Part shown: positions 12,566-25,494 of the stretch, piece after piece
How positions within the stretch are numbered: the stretch's first letter is position 1
How the letters are laid out: each line of letters starts with the position of its first letter
From: Phoronis australis
Taxonomy: Eukaryota; Animalia; Phoronida
Assembly: GCA_002633005.1 (NCBI GenBank)
Contig: NMRA01000102.1
Span: 874,924-938,923 of the forward strand
Length of the DNA stretch: 64,000 nt
Direction: 5' to 3'
Notes under the pieces: generated by a model
Database searches by the model: none
What the model saw: the letters and a program-made list of their open reading frames with translations, nothing else
Told to the model about the DNA's origin: nothing
Program-made: the position numbers and the translations under genes

Positions 12566-15538
12566 GAAGAACGGAAATTACAAAACATGTTCTAGCTCAA
12601 TTACGAGTGCAAATATTAGTTCCCGGCCCCTGATCCATGATTTACCCGAGAACGGGGTGTGAGTCACGGGAGGTCCGTCAATGTTTAGTCATTATCTTTA
12701 AGGTTAAGTAAGCCTTGGTCGACATTTAGCCAAATACCTACAAAACTAGAGACTTCAACTCGGCAAAAGTACATATTTTCTGAAAGTAGAAAATCCGTAA
12801 AATCTGACTGTTGACTCTACAGCAACCTCCCAGTAATAAGGTCACGTGACCTTGATTTTTAAGAAAATACTTAGCCAAAATTAAACGTATATCCATAGTC
12901 AAACAACAAGATCAATAACTTGACCAAAATCAGTATGGTAAAGATGTTTCCAAAAACGCTGGTACAATTTCCTAAATAACCACTTCATTTTTGTTTTACA
13001 CAGCTTCTGATTTTTTTTCATCGACGACAATTCTAAGAAACATATTTCGGATAATTCTTTGTGCAAAATATGGAGCACCAGCTTCTGAGATATAATGCTC
13101 CAAAGTGTCCCAAAGTTAACCTTGAATGGAAATTAAAGTTGTAGTTCGTGCAGATTGTTTTCGTTGCATGTTTTTAGAGAAGTTAAGCCTGCCTGAATTA
13201 TTTGTCAGTTTCGGGGTTACATGTACAAAGATCTTCCAGATCTTTCTCGACATCTTCGCCGGTGTAACTTGATTTGTCGTTGGTATAGTCTTCCTCATTT
13301 CTTTAGCTGATTTTACCAAAGGTCTCTCTTCAGAGCGCCTTCACTTTCCCTTTTAAAAAAGGGGTAATATGAAGTATATGTAAATCACTATGAATAGAAT
13401 AGGTGTGAAACAGCTTTTGTCCGAAAATGTGTTGCAGAATGTTAAGTGTTTAAAACATTTCTCAGCTTAGTTGTCGAAACAGGTTTAATCCGCGCATTTG
13501 ATTTTCACAAGAAACTTTTGGTGAAATTCTAACTAAGTGTTGAGATGTTCGTTTCTAGAGCCAAATTATTTCAACTATTTTAAACGTGAACTTTGATGGG
13601 AAAACAGTAAACTATGTTACCGTGCACATGTTGTTCGACGGCGGCGCCCTTAAAAGAGACAGAACAATAAAGTGCAACAAAGTTTGTCAGATTTGACAAA
13701 GTCGAGTCCTGGAAAATTTGGTATAGTTTGTTTGCTGTACGTATGAATAGCCTTTCAGGCACGTAAAGAGAACAATAAACGCCATAATGGCAAAACGTAA
13801 CCTTTTTTGTAAATGTGTAAATACCCAACCGAAAACATGAATATATGCATCTGTACATGTACAAAAAGGTGCAGAACAAGACATTCAATACAGTCCTACT
13901 ACCAACAAAGTGGGAAAGTTTAACAAATCGTAATCACAATAGGAAACGTTCACAAAAGAGTTGTAGGCATTAAACCTACATGTACACTGGTGCAGGCCCA
14001 ACCAGACCTATACAATACCTTTGCTACGACATCTACACTGTAAGCAGGCACTCACCTCTTTTAAAACGATCTCTGTTGTCACGTGCACCAAACGCAAACT
14101 TGTATTTATGGATTGGGAATCTTGACACTCTGACAACGTTGCATGTATCTAAATCAAACGATAAAATGTTTTTATCGGTGACACGAGATAAGTCGTACAT
14201 TGGTTATGTCTTAACAGAAATTCTGGGAAGAATTGATTTTTACATTAAAGGACGGAATGTAAATAGTACATGTAGGTGCTCTTTGTAACTTGTTCAATGT
14301 AATTTTTCTAGACATTATATTATTTCTTATGTGTGACATGTGTGAGATTATACATCGTCTGCACACTTTAAACCGAGCGACTAGTATCTCAAGCAGTAAA
14401 TCCGTGCCGGTTGCATTAAACAGTCCCAAATAGGGACTCAACTGAACTTCCCCAAATCTACTGCGTATTTGTGGGCTTGTGAAAACACTGATTGTCCTTT
14501 CTTATGCTGCTAGAATCGCACTGTTATTTGGGTGTTTGGTTATGATACAAATCGAGAGCGTACTCAATGTTAAGTTTTCAATACCAATAAAAATAAGAGG
14601 GATTTTTTCATGCGACACCCATAATTTAAGGACTACGTTAGGTCATTAATTATTACCACTCAATTAAAGGCTCAGTTTATTGTTACTTTTATTTATTAGG
14701 AAATGTCGTTACTAAAAGAGGACTTTATAATAAAGATCATAGAAAAATACAACATTTGTGAGAAAAGACGGAAAACATGCAAAAGTTTTTTAAGGAACTT
14801 AGCTAAGTTCCTCTTTGGGACTGTTTCATGCAACCGGATGCAGTACACTGCGTATTGATGCCAATCACATCAGCGAAGAGTATTCGCTCTCACTCATATT
14901 GTGATTTTGTTTCCTATGAGTCTGTTTCCAACTAATTTTTTACTTTTTCAAAGTCAATTGTTCTAGAAAAGAGTAAGCGGACAGTAGGCCTACAAGCGCC
15001 CGCATGAGGTCGCAATAAGACTCGCAAAATGAAAACTAGTTTTCAATTATCTTCTCAGATTCCATACGTTTTAAATTCCAATTTTTTTCAGTCTCCATCC
15101 ATTGGTGATATGATTAATGAGAGCCGTATTATACCCAATACAAAAAATTGAGGAACCAGGCCAAAAATGGTCAATCACTCGTGTACACTTATAGTCTGGG
15201 GTCACAAACTGATAAAGATTTTTAATTTTTTTGACAGACCATCTCAAATGAATCGAAACAGTCAATTGATTTTCATGCAATAGGTTTTAGAAGCGTAATG
15301 GATAAGACGTTAACATTTTAACTACCATTGTTTTAAGACTTGTGCCACTGTTGAGTACCGGAGTTAATTAATGGCCCATAAAATTTGTACGTGTAAATTG
15401 TCCATAGTTTTTTGTCTTATAGCTTCGTACTATGTGGTACAGGAAACTAAAAACTCACAAATGAGCTAGTCAATTCATAGCCAACTTCCTAACTTAAAAG
15501 GATAGCATTATTTATAGGAAATGGTATAATAGACATAC

Positions 15539-15971
15539 CTGAAAATGCTTTAATAATAGATTTAGCTGTGTGGAAGAGACATCCACCGCCTTCCCTTGCC
15601 CTGATGAAATGGATCTGTTTATTCTTCTCCAATGCAGCCAGACTGTATGTTATATGCTTTTCGCAATTTGGAATCAATATGCAGACAATCTTGCAATTCC
15701 CCTGGGTGAAGCGATAAAGGAGGGTATGCAGTTCAAACTGGGTTCTTTCCGTTAAAAGAAAATCAGCGGACAACACAACAAGGAACTTAGAGTGATTTTC
15801 TATACAGCGCTCCAAATAGTCAAAGACTGTCGAAACCGGCTTAGAGGTTACCATGTCCCGACCACCGACAAAGCACTCCAAGTTAAAGAAAGGTCCTTCA
15901 AGAATCTCCACAATGTTTTTCACGAAGTCTTCGTCTGAGGAATGGTTGAGTATTCCAACTGATTTGCTCAT
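15539..15971 (-). CDS. TIR-domain exon
   Basis: TIR motifs: ILNHSSDEDFV (box1-like), LECFVGGRDM (box2 RD), CIENHSKFLVVLSADFL, TQFELH; donor TCAG|gtatgt, phase 1. Start is either the ATG at 15971 or an acceptor at ~16008. Confidence 0.85.
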
Positions 15972-16430
15972 AGTTGTAGGGTACCTGGATGTGGTTCGTT
16001 CTTTAGCCTGGAATATCTCCGTTTCATGGACGAGGCCGATCCACATAGCCCACCCGAATTGCCGGTGTCATTATTATACCAGGGGTGTTCAGCACAATTG
16101 AAAATTCCAACAAAAATATCTCGTTACTGGTGCCAGACTACTGATTTACATAGTAGCATTGCGGTCTTTGCAATGGTTGTCGGTGAACGCCAGTGGTATT
16201 TTTTCTTCAATCGACGTCTCTGATATCTTCGTAGGAAGTCTGTGGCTTAAAAACGAGTGAATGGATTCAATAGCAACTGACCCCTTTTCAATATACCCAC
16301 GCCATAAAAAGTTTCAGAAATTTCGTCTCACTGTATTGTTAAGAAATAATGTGTCGTCACTGTGCCGAACGCGAGCTTAACACAGACACCAACTTGTTGC
16401 AGTGTAGTGTAAATGCTCGAAAGTAATCAC

Positions 16431-16586
16431 CAGGGCTGAGTTGCACAAAGCTCCAAAAGTTATCCGCTGGATAAGTTTGATTGTTGCATGACGTCAAGTG
16501 CATTGTTCAACAATAGCGACGTGACGCGTGATTATGCGACGTCATTGTTGATATACGGCGTATAACTTTTATGCAACTGGGGCCTG
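16431..16586. mobile_element. MITE (CAGG...CCTG ends)
   Basis: CAGGGCTGAGTTGCACAAAG ... CTTTTATGCAACTGGGGCCTG inverted termini. Confidence 0.6.
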
Positions 16587-18032
16587 GTGAAATAGCAGAC
16601 GTTTTGAAAATTGTTCCGCAGGTTAGGTTCCTCAGGGTACTTTGTGCGGCCTTCAAAATACGTTGAACACCGAACTGTATATAAATGGTATTTCACCCGT
16701 TGAATAAATGTATGTGCGCATATGGGCTCGCAATATCACCCNTTCCTTAATGCCGGCTGCGGCGCTACACTTATTCCTATGCAGCCTTTCACTTGGTGTA
16801 CATGTATGCTTTCACCTGCCATGAGTTTGACCAGCTCTTACTGTACATGCTCATTACTGTCACTTTTTTATAGAAATTTCCCTTATTTGCATCTGAAATG
16901 CTTCAGTTCAATTTCCGTGCGGGTTACCTACACAGACGTACTGTACGTGTCTCCGCTTGTTTCTCGACCTATACCCCATACACCACACCTATCCATCTCC
17001 ATCATCTGTCCTGCCTATCATCCTTAGTACTACCAATAAATCATCATGTACAGACCAACATCTCCAATTCTACCCCTTTTTCTCCTCAAAACAACCCTAA
17101 CCTTCCGGCCCGCTTACCTTGCACTTTCCACCCACACCAAGGCCACTACCAATACACCCACTACCACAAATCAAACCTCCATAAGTCACTTTTCCTTTCA
17201 GTTGGTGTCAGCATCACATTCACCGCCCCGACCACACTCATTCTTTTCAGTAGCCCTCAAATATTCATAGTTCAAACTTTTCACACAACCCCACCGTCCC
17301 CGCCTTACCCCCTACGTCCACACCACTGGTAACCCTTTTGGATCGTGGATTCACCTCTTGCACTAATTACGTGTATTTGAAGAGTTTCCACCATGAACTT
17401 GTGTCTCAAAAAGAATTTTATTAACATATCTTAAGAGATTGAATTGTCTTTAGTAGAACTGCTGCTAAGAAACAATCTAAAAATTTCACAAAAAATATTT
17501 TTTTCTGTTATTGGGGTTGTACATTTACGTAATGAGTGGAAAACCGTCTCCGCCGTTGTTTTTACCATTTCATTACTGAGGAGTTATGAGGAAAGTCCGC
17601 GGAAAGCCGCCTTTTTCATACATAAAAGATTGTGTTTGTACAGGCTGTAATACATGTTGTGCAGAAACAGAATCGGTTTGTGGGCCGTACGAGAGTGTGG
17701 AATGTCAGTGGGGATCATGCGATTCAGTCGGGAGCAACGTTTTGTTCGGAACTTTTCAAGTAATAATGTTTCGTCCGAACGTAAATTATTATTTGCAAAT
17801 TTTATAAATAACGAACACACTGCTTCAACTCTAGGGCGAGTGATGCCAGGCACTCGATCAACCCCTGCCCAGACCGAGTGCCACGACACGTAGTCTAATG
17901 CATTTTGTTTAGACCGGAAATATAGTGAATACGAGTTACCCAGCTTTCCTGTGGACTTTGTCAGTGATTATGAAGTACATGTATTCATTTTGTGAATATT
18001 GACCCCTCTTGGTTCATTTGGTTGTGACTTAC

Positions 18033-18281
18033 ACATGTTTGTGGCAATTCTCTTGCCAGTTTGTCATGTTCATACTTCCTCACAGCCGACGAAAATTCGT
18101 TTAGTGGGAAATCGAAGTCTTAATCTTCAAGTAGTTGAGTGTGATGCCCGTGTCCACTCAGTTATCGCTCAAAACTGTCCTCGTCTTCTGATATGGCTGT
18201 GTTCCGCCATTGCAAGTGACCAATCGTCTTCCACCTATTACACTATTTGGCGGGAATCTTGTAAATAACAAATTTTTCTTC
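18033..18281 (-). pseudogene. Decayed Death-domain-like exon
   Basis: One frame with three stops: EEKFVIYKIPAK*CNRWKTIGHL...LNEFSSAVRKYEHDKLAREL, ending at donor |gtaagt. Helix-1/2 (W-K-x-I-G) and helix-5/6 patterns resemble Death domains. Confidence 0.35.
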
Positions 18282-19903
18282 ACATTAAAAATTCGCGACT
18301 ATTTAGCATAAAAGAAGTTTTTGGTTAGATTTTGTGGTATTCATTTCATATTAGCTTACTGAATTTTCAAAAACTAAGAAAATGCATGGTGGGAACTGTT
18401 TAAGTTATTGTTACACAAAGAATCCCGCTAGTATCCCGACGAAGGGCCTTGGATGGAGCGGACAGAAAGCTGGGTTCTCAATTACTAACAGAACTCCGAC
18501 AGGTAACTATTTCATTCCCTGCCTAATGTTAATTTCTCTCTTGTTTTAGTCTGCATGTACTTTTGTAATTTACATGAACGGGTTTATTGATGTACAGTAC
18601 GTTGCGTTATCCGTCTCATCGTTTAGTCAACCAATAACCTACAGGAAGCGCCACGACGCAATGGTAAGCGAACACCTGGCTCTTGTGTCGGCATGCGTGG
18701 GTGTTACTGCATCTGTGAATTCCATTTCGAGTATGAATAAAAAAAGGTTGTCAGGGCTTTCAGGGTGCTTTACTGAATCGTAATTCTCCGTTAAATCAAA
18801 GAAAAATGAAAAACTCACCGGTACTATCTATGGGCCTCATAATTCGATCAAAAAGGAAATTTCAAAAGGCTACGCTTTGGTTTGCTGAGTCTGACTTTCA
18901 ACCTTCGCGTTAAGTGGGGACACACATGTCCCGTTTGTTAGACTTTTTTCAAAATTTCAGGTCCAGTATCGCTGGAATATATGGACTACCTCCATAAATA
19001 CTCACATGGCAAGCGTTTTTAGTAAGAGTTTAGAAACAAAAGGACACCCGTGTCCCTAGAAGACACAGCGTGTAAATTGGCTGTGGACGCCATGCAGCAA
19101 TTAGGCGTCAGCTTCAGACGAGCCAGAAGTATTGCATCTTTCCGATGCGACGTAAAGTTTCTACTTAAAACACTTTTAGCAAATACAATATACGGCCAGC
19201 ACCACCGAGTGCTTAGGAAATGGTAAATCACGTTATGTCCCTTTGTTATACCCCTGGGTGTTTCTTCCATGCATTTGTGAACCTTGCTTTCAAGTGGCCT
19301 TCTTCACAGACTGCAAACGTCAGGGCACCATCAGACCTGTTGGAGTTGTTAAAATAATGCTTGCCCGTGGTGTTCTTTGGTGTCGTAGTCGGATATAACA
19401 TTCCCGCATTTTAATTTTAGAACCTGTTTCATCCCCGTTATTCAGTGGACAAAAGTGGTTCTCAAAAGTCGGACTTGTTACTGTTCATCGCTTCGTTTTC
19501 TAGCCTTTGACAGTTAGTTTCGACTGTCTGTTACATGTAGTTGGATTGACTATTTCTTGAATAGCTACTGTATTAAAGGCCTATGGTCCGAGTTATAGAA
19601 GAAAAAAACCTCTTAACGCCGTTTAAGCCGGTTTTTTGATGTGACATGGAGTTCAAAAAGTTATTAACTTTCAATTTGTGCAAAAAGTTTGAAAAAAATC
19701 GTTGTAAATACTACAAACGAATGAAATGTTTACAAAGAATTTAGTATCCCGACCGCTAAACAAATTATAAACATTACAACAACGCATGCGCAGCCACAGA
19801 TCTAGAGGTCAACAGAATTTATACAAATGGCGGGGAGAAGTATATCTATGAAGTGTACGTCCGAAGGCGAAACGCAGTCGTCCTGCTCTACGAGATTCAG
19901 AAA

Positions 19904-20511
19904 ANNNNNNNNNNNNNNNNNNNNNNNNNNNNNNNNNNNNNNNNNNNNNNNNNNNNNNNNNNNNNNNNNNNNNNNNNNNNNNNNNNNNNNNNNNNNNNNN
20001 NNNNNNNNNNNNNNNNNNNNNNNNNNNNNNNNNNNNNNNNNNNNNNNNNNNNNNNNNNNNNNNNNNNNNNNNNNNNNNNNNNNNNNNNNNNNNNNNNNNN
20101 NNNNNNNNNNNNNNNNNNNNNNNNNNNNNNNNNNNNNNNNNNNNNNNNNNNNNNNNNNNNNNNNNNNNNNNNNNNNNNNNNNNNNNNNNNNNNNNNNNNN
20201 NNNNNNNNNNNNNNNNNNNNNNNNNNNNNNNNNNNNNNNNNNNNNNNNNNNNNNNNNNNNNNNNNNNNNNNNNNNNNNNNNNNNNNNNNNNNNNNNNNNN
20301 NNNNNNNNNNNNNNNNNNNNNNNNNNNNNNNNNNNNNNNNNNNNNNNNNNNNNNNNNNNNNNNNNNNNNNNNNNNNNNNNNNNNNNNNNNNNNNNNNNNN
20401 NNNNNNNNNNNNNNNNNNNNNNNNNNNNNNNNNNNNNNNNNNNNNNNNNNNNNNNNNNNNNNNNNNNNNNNNNNNNNNNNNNNNNNNNNNNNNNNNNNNN
20501 NNNNNNNNNNN
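19904..20511. other. Assembly gap (N run)
   Basis: Run of N. Confidence 1.
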
Positions 20512-22394
20512 ATTTTCAAAAACTAAGAAAATGCATGGTGGAGACTGTTTAAGTTATTGTTACACAAAGAATCCCGCTAGTATCCCGACGAAGGAACTTA
20601 GATGGAGCGGACAGAAAGCTGGGTCCTCAGTTACTAACAGAACTCCGATAGGTAACTATTTCATTCCCTGCCTAATGTTATTTTCTCTCTTGTTTTAGTC
20701 TGCAGGTACTTTTGTATTTTACATGAACGGGTGTATTGATGTACAGTACGTTGCGTTATCCGTCCCATCGTTTAGTCAACCAATAACCTACAGGAAGCGG
20801 AACGACGCAATGGTAAGCGAACACCTGGCGCTTGTGTCGGCATTTGGTTAAATATGAAGGACATGCTTTCAGAACTAAGCTCACACAATGTGAAGAACTC
20901 CGGTAACTCAATGACTTTTCATGTAATGGCTGATAAGAGCTATGTTGAGACTTGTGTTTTGTTTTTGAGATACTCATTTGTTTTCCGGAACTATACTGAA
21001 ATTAAACTATTTAGTTTTTGCGATTATTTTGGAGTCCGCTTTAACCTGTCGTCTTTCTTTTCTTTCCAAATGACCGCTGATGTATGTTCGTTTCATTTTA
21101 ACCTTATGAAAAGTGAAACTACAGTTAAATGTCGGACTGAATTGCTGAGACATTAGAGAACGTATTGTATATGTTTAACAAAGGTAAACAAAAAATTACA
21201 TTACAAATTATTGTTTTTATATCGTATCATTAGATTGAGAATCCTAGTAATCGTGAGATTTTTTGAAATAATAAACAATGCGACGAACGTACATGTATAT
21301 TAGGGCGATTTCCCCGCCACCCCACTTTCACGCGTGACTATACGTATACACGCACCATTGCTCCATCGTTGACTACATGTACATGTATATTGAAAATTTA
21401 CAGCAATACAAAATGTCCCCAAAAGCAAAATAAATTAACAGGAAATCTTGAAATGTTGTTTACTTAATGCATCGAAGCGACAAGTTTTTGTTCTCGACTG
21501 CTCTCTTGGCGTAACTATTCACATAAATGAAAATTCCAAAACAAAATCTTGAGTTGGAGCCCTGCTTCTGCAAGTTGAGACCCCTGATTCGCGTCGGCCC
21601 TTAAGCTGTACCTTAGTATTGCTTAACAGATAATGCCGCACTGGTCACATTACATCGTCAAAACGTCTACTATTTGACCCACGATGAAATTAACTTATTG
21701 GCATACAGGTGTATATAATTTTAATACTCTAATCGACTGTACACACCAAACGCTGTTGGAATAAGCGTGGGTGTTACTGCATCTGTGAATTCCATTTTGA
21801 GCATGAATAAAACAGTTGTCAGGGCTTTCAGAGTGGTTTACTGACTCGTAATTTTCCGTTAAATCAAAGGAAAATGAAAAAACTCACCGGTACTATCTAT
21901 GGGTCTCATCACTCGATCAAAAAGGAAATTTCAAAAGGCTACGCTTTGGTTTGCTGAGTCTCACTTTCAACCTTCGCGTTCAGTGGGGACACAGATGTCC
22001 CGTTTGTTAGACTTTTTTCAAAATTTCAGCTCCGGTATCGCTAGAATATATGGACTACCTCCATAAATACTCAAATGGCAAGCGTTTTTCGTAGGAGTTT
22101 AGAAACAAAAGGACACCCGTGTCCCTAGAAGACACAGCGTGTAAATTGGCTGTGGGCGCCATGCAGCAATTAGGCGCCAGCTTCAGACGAGCCAGAAGTA
22201 TTGCATCTTTCCGATGCGACGTAAAGTTTCTACTTAAAACACTTTTAGCAAATACAATATACGGCCAGTACCACCGAGTGCTTAGGAAAAGGTAAATCAC
22301 GTTATGTCCCTTTGTTATACCCCTGGGCGTTTCTTCCATGCATTTGTGAACCTTGCTTTCAAGTGGCCTTCTTCACAGACTGCAAACGTCAGGG

Positions 22395-23169
22395 TAGCCA
22401 GCCAGCTAGCTGTATGAAGACTGTCGTCAAAATACAGCTAGGTCCCACTGCGTGTATTTCTTCCGTAGACAGCGAAATTGCACACAGCCAAGGTAGTTCT
22501 GCTCGTCACCGCGCCATGAAACTTGTATCAACATATAAAGCTAAAGACCGGACGGTGTGCATGCAAAATCTGGGAGTCAACCGACACTCACCTTTCCCGT
22601 TACAGCCGTTTAAGTGAAAAACAATGCAATAAACGTCATTTTCTTGCGTAACTCTCTGCCTTTTCTAACAATGAAAAGTATTTCGTCGTTTTGAAAACAG
22701 TACGCTCGTGTCACGCGCACGCGCCATTTCCTAAATTTTTGCGACATCCCTCGGGAGATAATGATAGCTTGGAAGCAACAAAATTTCTTCTGAAATTTGA
22801 TTTTTCGGTACCAAAATTCTAAAAACTTTTAATGAGGTGAAACCAGTTCTGATAATTTGTTGTGACGTGTACGCAACCTCGTGAAAGAACAACAGTTGAT
22901 TGAAGAATCGGCGAAAAAAGAAACTGGCCAATAGGTGACGCAAAATTTCATGGCGCCGAAAGCGGTCGCTAAAGATCGCTCCACAACTTTAGCAGCAGAA
23001 TAACGGTAGAACGCCATTTTTGCCGATACCGTTAAATTATTTAAATTACTCAAGGAAGACTTTAGTGTTTAATGACGCTAATTTTGTGTCAGATTTCATC
23101 TTACCACTTTTTTACCCGCATCGGTGCAAAGCTGTATATTAATACATATACAGCTTTGTACCAAGGCTA
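22395..23169. mobile_element. Non-autonomous DNA transposon, TAGCC...GGCTA termini, 9-bp TSD (AcademH-like)
   Basis: TSD ACGTCAGGG at 22386-22394 and 23170-23178; the empty site (single acgtcaggg) is present in the other duplicate copy near 19317. Confidence 0.8.
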
Positions 23170-24500
23170 ACGTCAGGGCACCATCAGACCTGTTGGAGTT
23201 GTTAAAATAATGCTTGCCCGTGGTGTTCTTTGGTGTCGTAGTCGGATATAACATTCCAGCATTTTAATTTTAGAACCTGTTTCATCCCCGTTATTCAGTG
23301 GGCAAAAGTGGTTCTCAAAAGTCGGGCTCGTTACTGTTCATCGCTTCGTTTTCTAGCCTTTGACAGTTAGTTTCGACTGTCTGTTACATGTAGTTGGATT
23401 GACTATTTCTTGAATAGCTACTGTATTAATCTCGAAATTAGGAATGGATGCATCTGAAAATGTCAACATAACCAAGGTAGGAAAGTAATTAATAAAGTTT
23501 GCTCAAAAATATTTTAATATCACTCGCTAAATCACACACTATAAATCTACAACTGACAATCCATAAACATCCAAGAATAAACGTAAGCGCGGAAGAACTT
23601 CATACCGTAGTGTATGGTAACGTAAGCCGGGCTGCGTTCCGTACTTGGCAGTAATGTGATCACGTGCGTTGCATCAAACGCATGACAATAGCAAGCATTT
23701 TCGTGATCTTGCGCTTTGGCCACTACTTTCTCAGGTCTCCAGGGTGCAGTCCTACAGTGACATGTTATTGAAGCCCAGGGTTTTTTTTTAGAGAAAAGCC
23801 CTCCTTTTGCAGAGTTCCGAATTTAAGGATGTGTAGGATTTGAACCCTTCGAAATGCATAAAATAAAATGAAAGTCCCCTTTGACGTAAAAAACTAACAA
23901 TTCGTGTTTTCTTGCAAGCATGAAGTTATGTTCAAAGTTCAGGTCCAGACTGTGAACTTCTGTGTTGGTAATTTACGGGGAAAAGGCATCCGTTTGTTGA
24001 GAATCTGGACTGTAAAAAGGCGTCGGAGTGGACCGTAAGTGCAACACTGTTCCAACTGATTTTAGCTGGGATCTGCTAAGCAGCAATTCCGCGGTCTTGT
24101 TTATTCGTGGATATGATCCCAAATCTGTTTTTGAATAAACACTACAAGCGTTAATATAAAAAACGTCCAAGTCTTGTTATTACAGGTACTACATGTAAAT
24201 GACACAAAGCGCCTAAACTTTTGATTTTAGCATTTTAGCAGCGCCTTACGAACGTGATCGCTTGCCTCCACGCAGGGTTAACTTTCGAGCCACATACGAC
24301 TCAATTGGAAACTCAAGCCTGAAAAAATTACAAGCGAGTCATTCAATTTTCAAAGTGTCAAATGAGCCAACGATATTTTACAGGTGACGGAACCTCATGT
24401 TATGGATATGTCTTAAGCAGTAATATGGAACCAATCAGCATACAATTCATCCAACAGCGGCAAACTATCCACTAGGTGTAATATTCTTCCAGCGTGAGAC

Positions 24501-25494
24501 CTAAGACCACGTTCTCCGGCGTGTTATTAGTTCCAATGAGAAAAGTTTGAACTGGTACCGGTACTCATCAAGTTCTGTTGCCAAGGCATCGTTTTCGAAG
24601 GATGTGAACAAGACTTTAAAGATGTCAAAGGCAATTTCTTCATACTGCAATTTGACGATTATACAAATACAAAAGAGAAAGTTGCAGTGGCAACATTCTT
24701 TGGACATCGTGTCACGGTGACATTCCAACGTTTCCCAGAGACGTTTACAATATTTCTTTAGTTTGATACTTACTGATTTCTTTCAAAACTAATTAACTAG
24801 AAGCAGCAAGTATACCCATAAGCAAATCCCACAAAGCTGACTACAAAGATCTACAAACACACTGATAAACATGACATGTTTTGGTTTACAGGAATAACAA
24901 GTTCATGAATAAGTACTTTCATAGCATAGCGTACACTTAGGCCCATGCGCGTGCTCGTATCCGAAATCATGCGTTTTTTAGATATTTCTTTTTACCTACT
25001 TTAAGCACATAAACGCATGTGCTTTAAGATCACTACCCTTTACAAATGATTTTGCCCGATACTGGTGTTTGTTCCATTCGTTTGTTTTGCAAACGTTCAT
25101 AATACATTTGACAGCATAAGGTGCTAAACTGAACGCATGCCAACCTCTACGATATTGCAGTGGATAAGTGGAGTCACACTCATATAGCATTTTGAGCTTG
25201 AGCTCATCGGTTTTACTCGAATGTTTCACAATTATAGCTACCTAATTCAGACAAGTGTCCGTGTAGCTTCACATATGGTCGCATGGGCCTAAGTTCTAGT
25301 GAATACACAGTAAACATCAAGTTCTCACAACTAACCAAAATTTTGTATCAGAAAACAGCTTTTTGATTCCGGCCAACTTGATGGCAATCGCAAGTAGGTG
25401 GATTATATGCGAAACAATGCCGCCAGTCTCCACTTCTGGCGGTTCCCCGGCTATTTTGCATTCTTCATCATCTTCCAAGTCCCAATGGTATAGT
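24501..25494 (-). CDS. Cluster of exon-like segments of an unidentified gene or pseudogene
   Basis: Good splice signals: ttattttag| at 25495, |gtgaga ~25327, gaattag| ~25242, cttctag|24 nt|gtaagt ~24797-24774, ttgcag|TAT ~24644. Open frames LYHWDLED..., VAIIVKH...LYECD..., YEEIAFDIFKVLF...; no single coherent model. Confidence 0.35.

Larger units (their letters stand above)
18362..23427 (+). repeat. Direct duplication 18362-19576 vs 20512-23427 across the N gap
   Basis: Near-identical text starting attttcaaaaactaagaaaatgcatggtgg. Copy 2 carries extra blocks ~20844-21764 and 22395-23169; copy 1 diverges at a TTAA near 19573. Confidence 0.9.

Noticed and set aside
16740-17340. C/A-rich plus-strand ORFs as a gene or LINE
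   Set aside because: Compositional bias only; no RT, endonuclease or other motif recognised.
19809-20698. Long ORFs of X residues
   Set aside because: Artefacts of translating the N gap.
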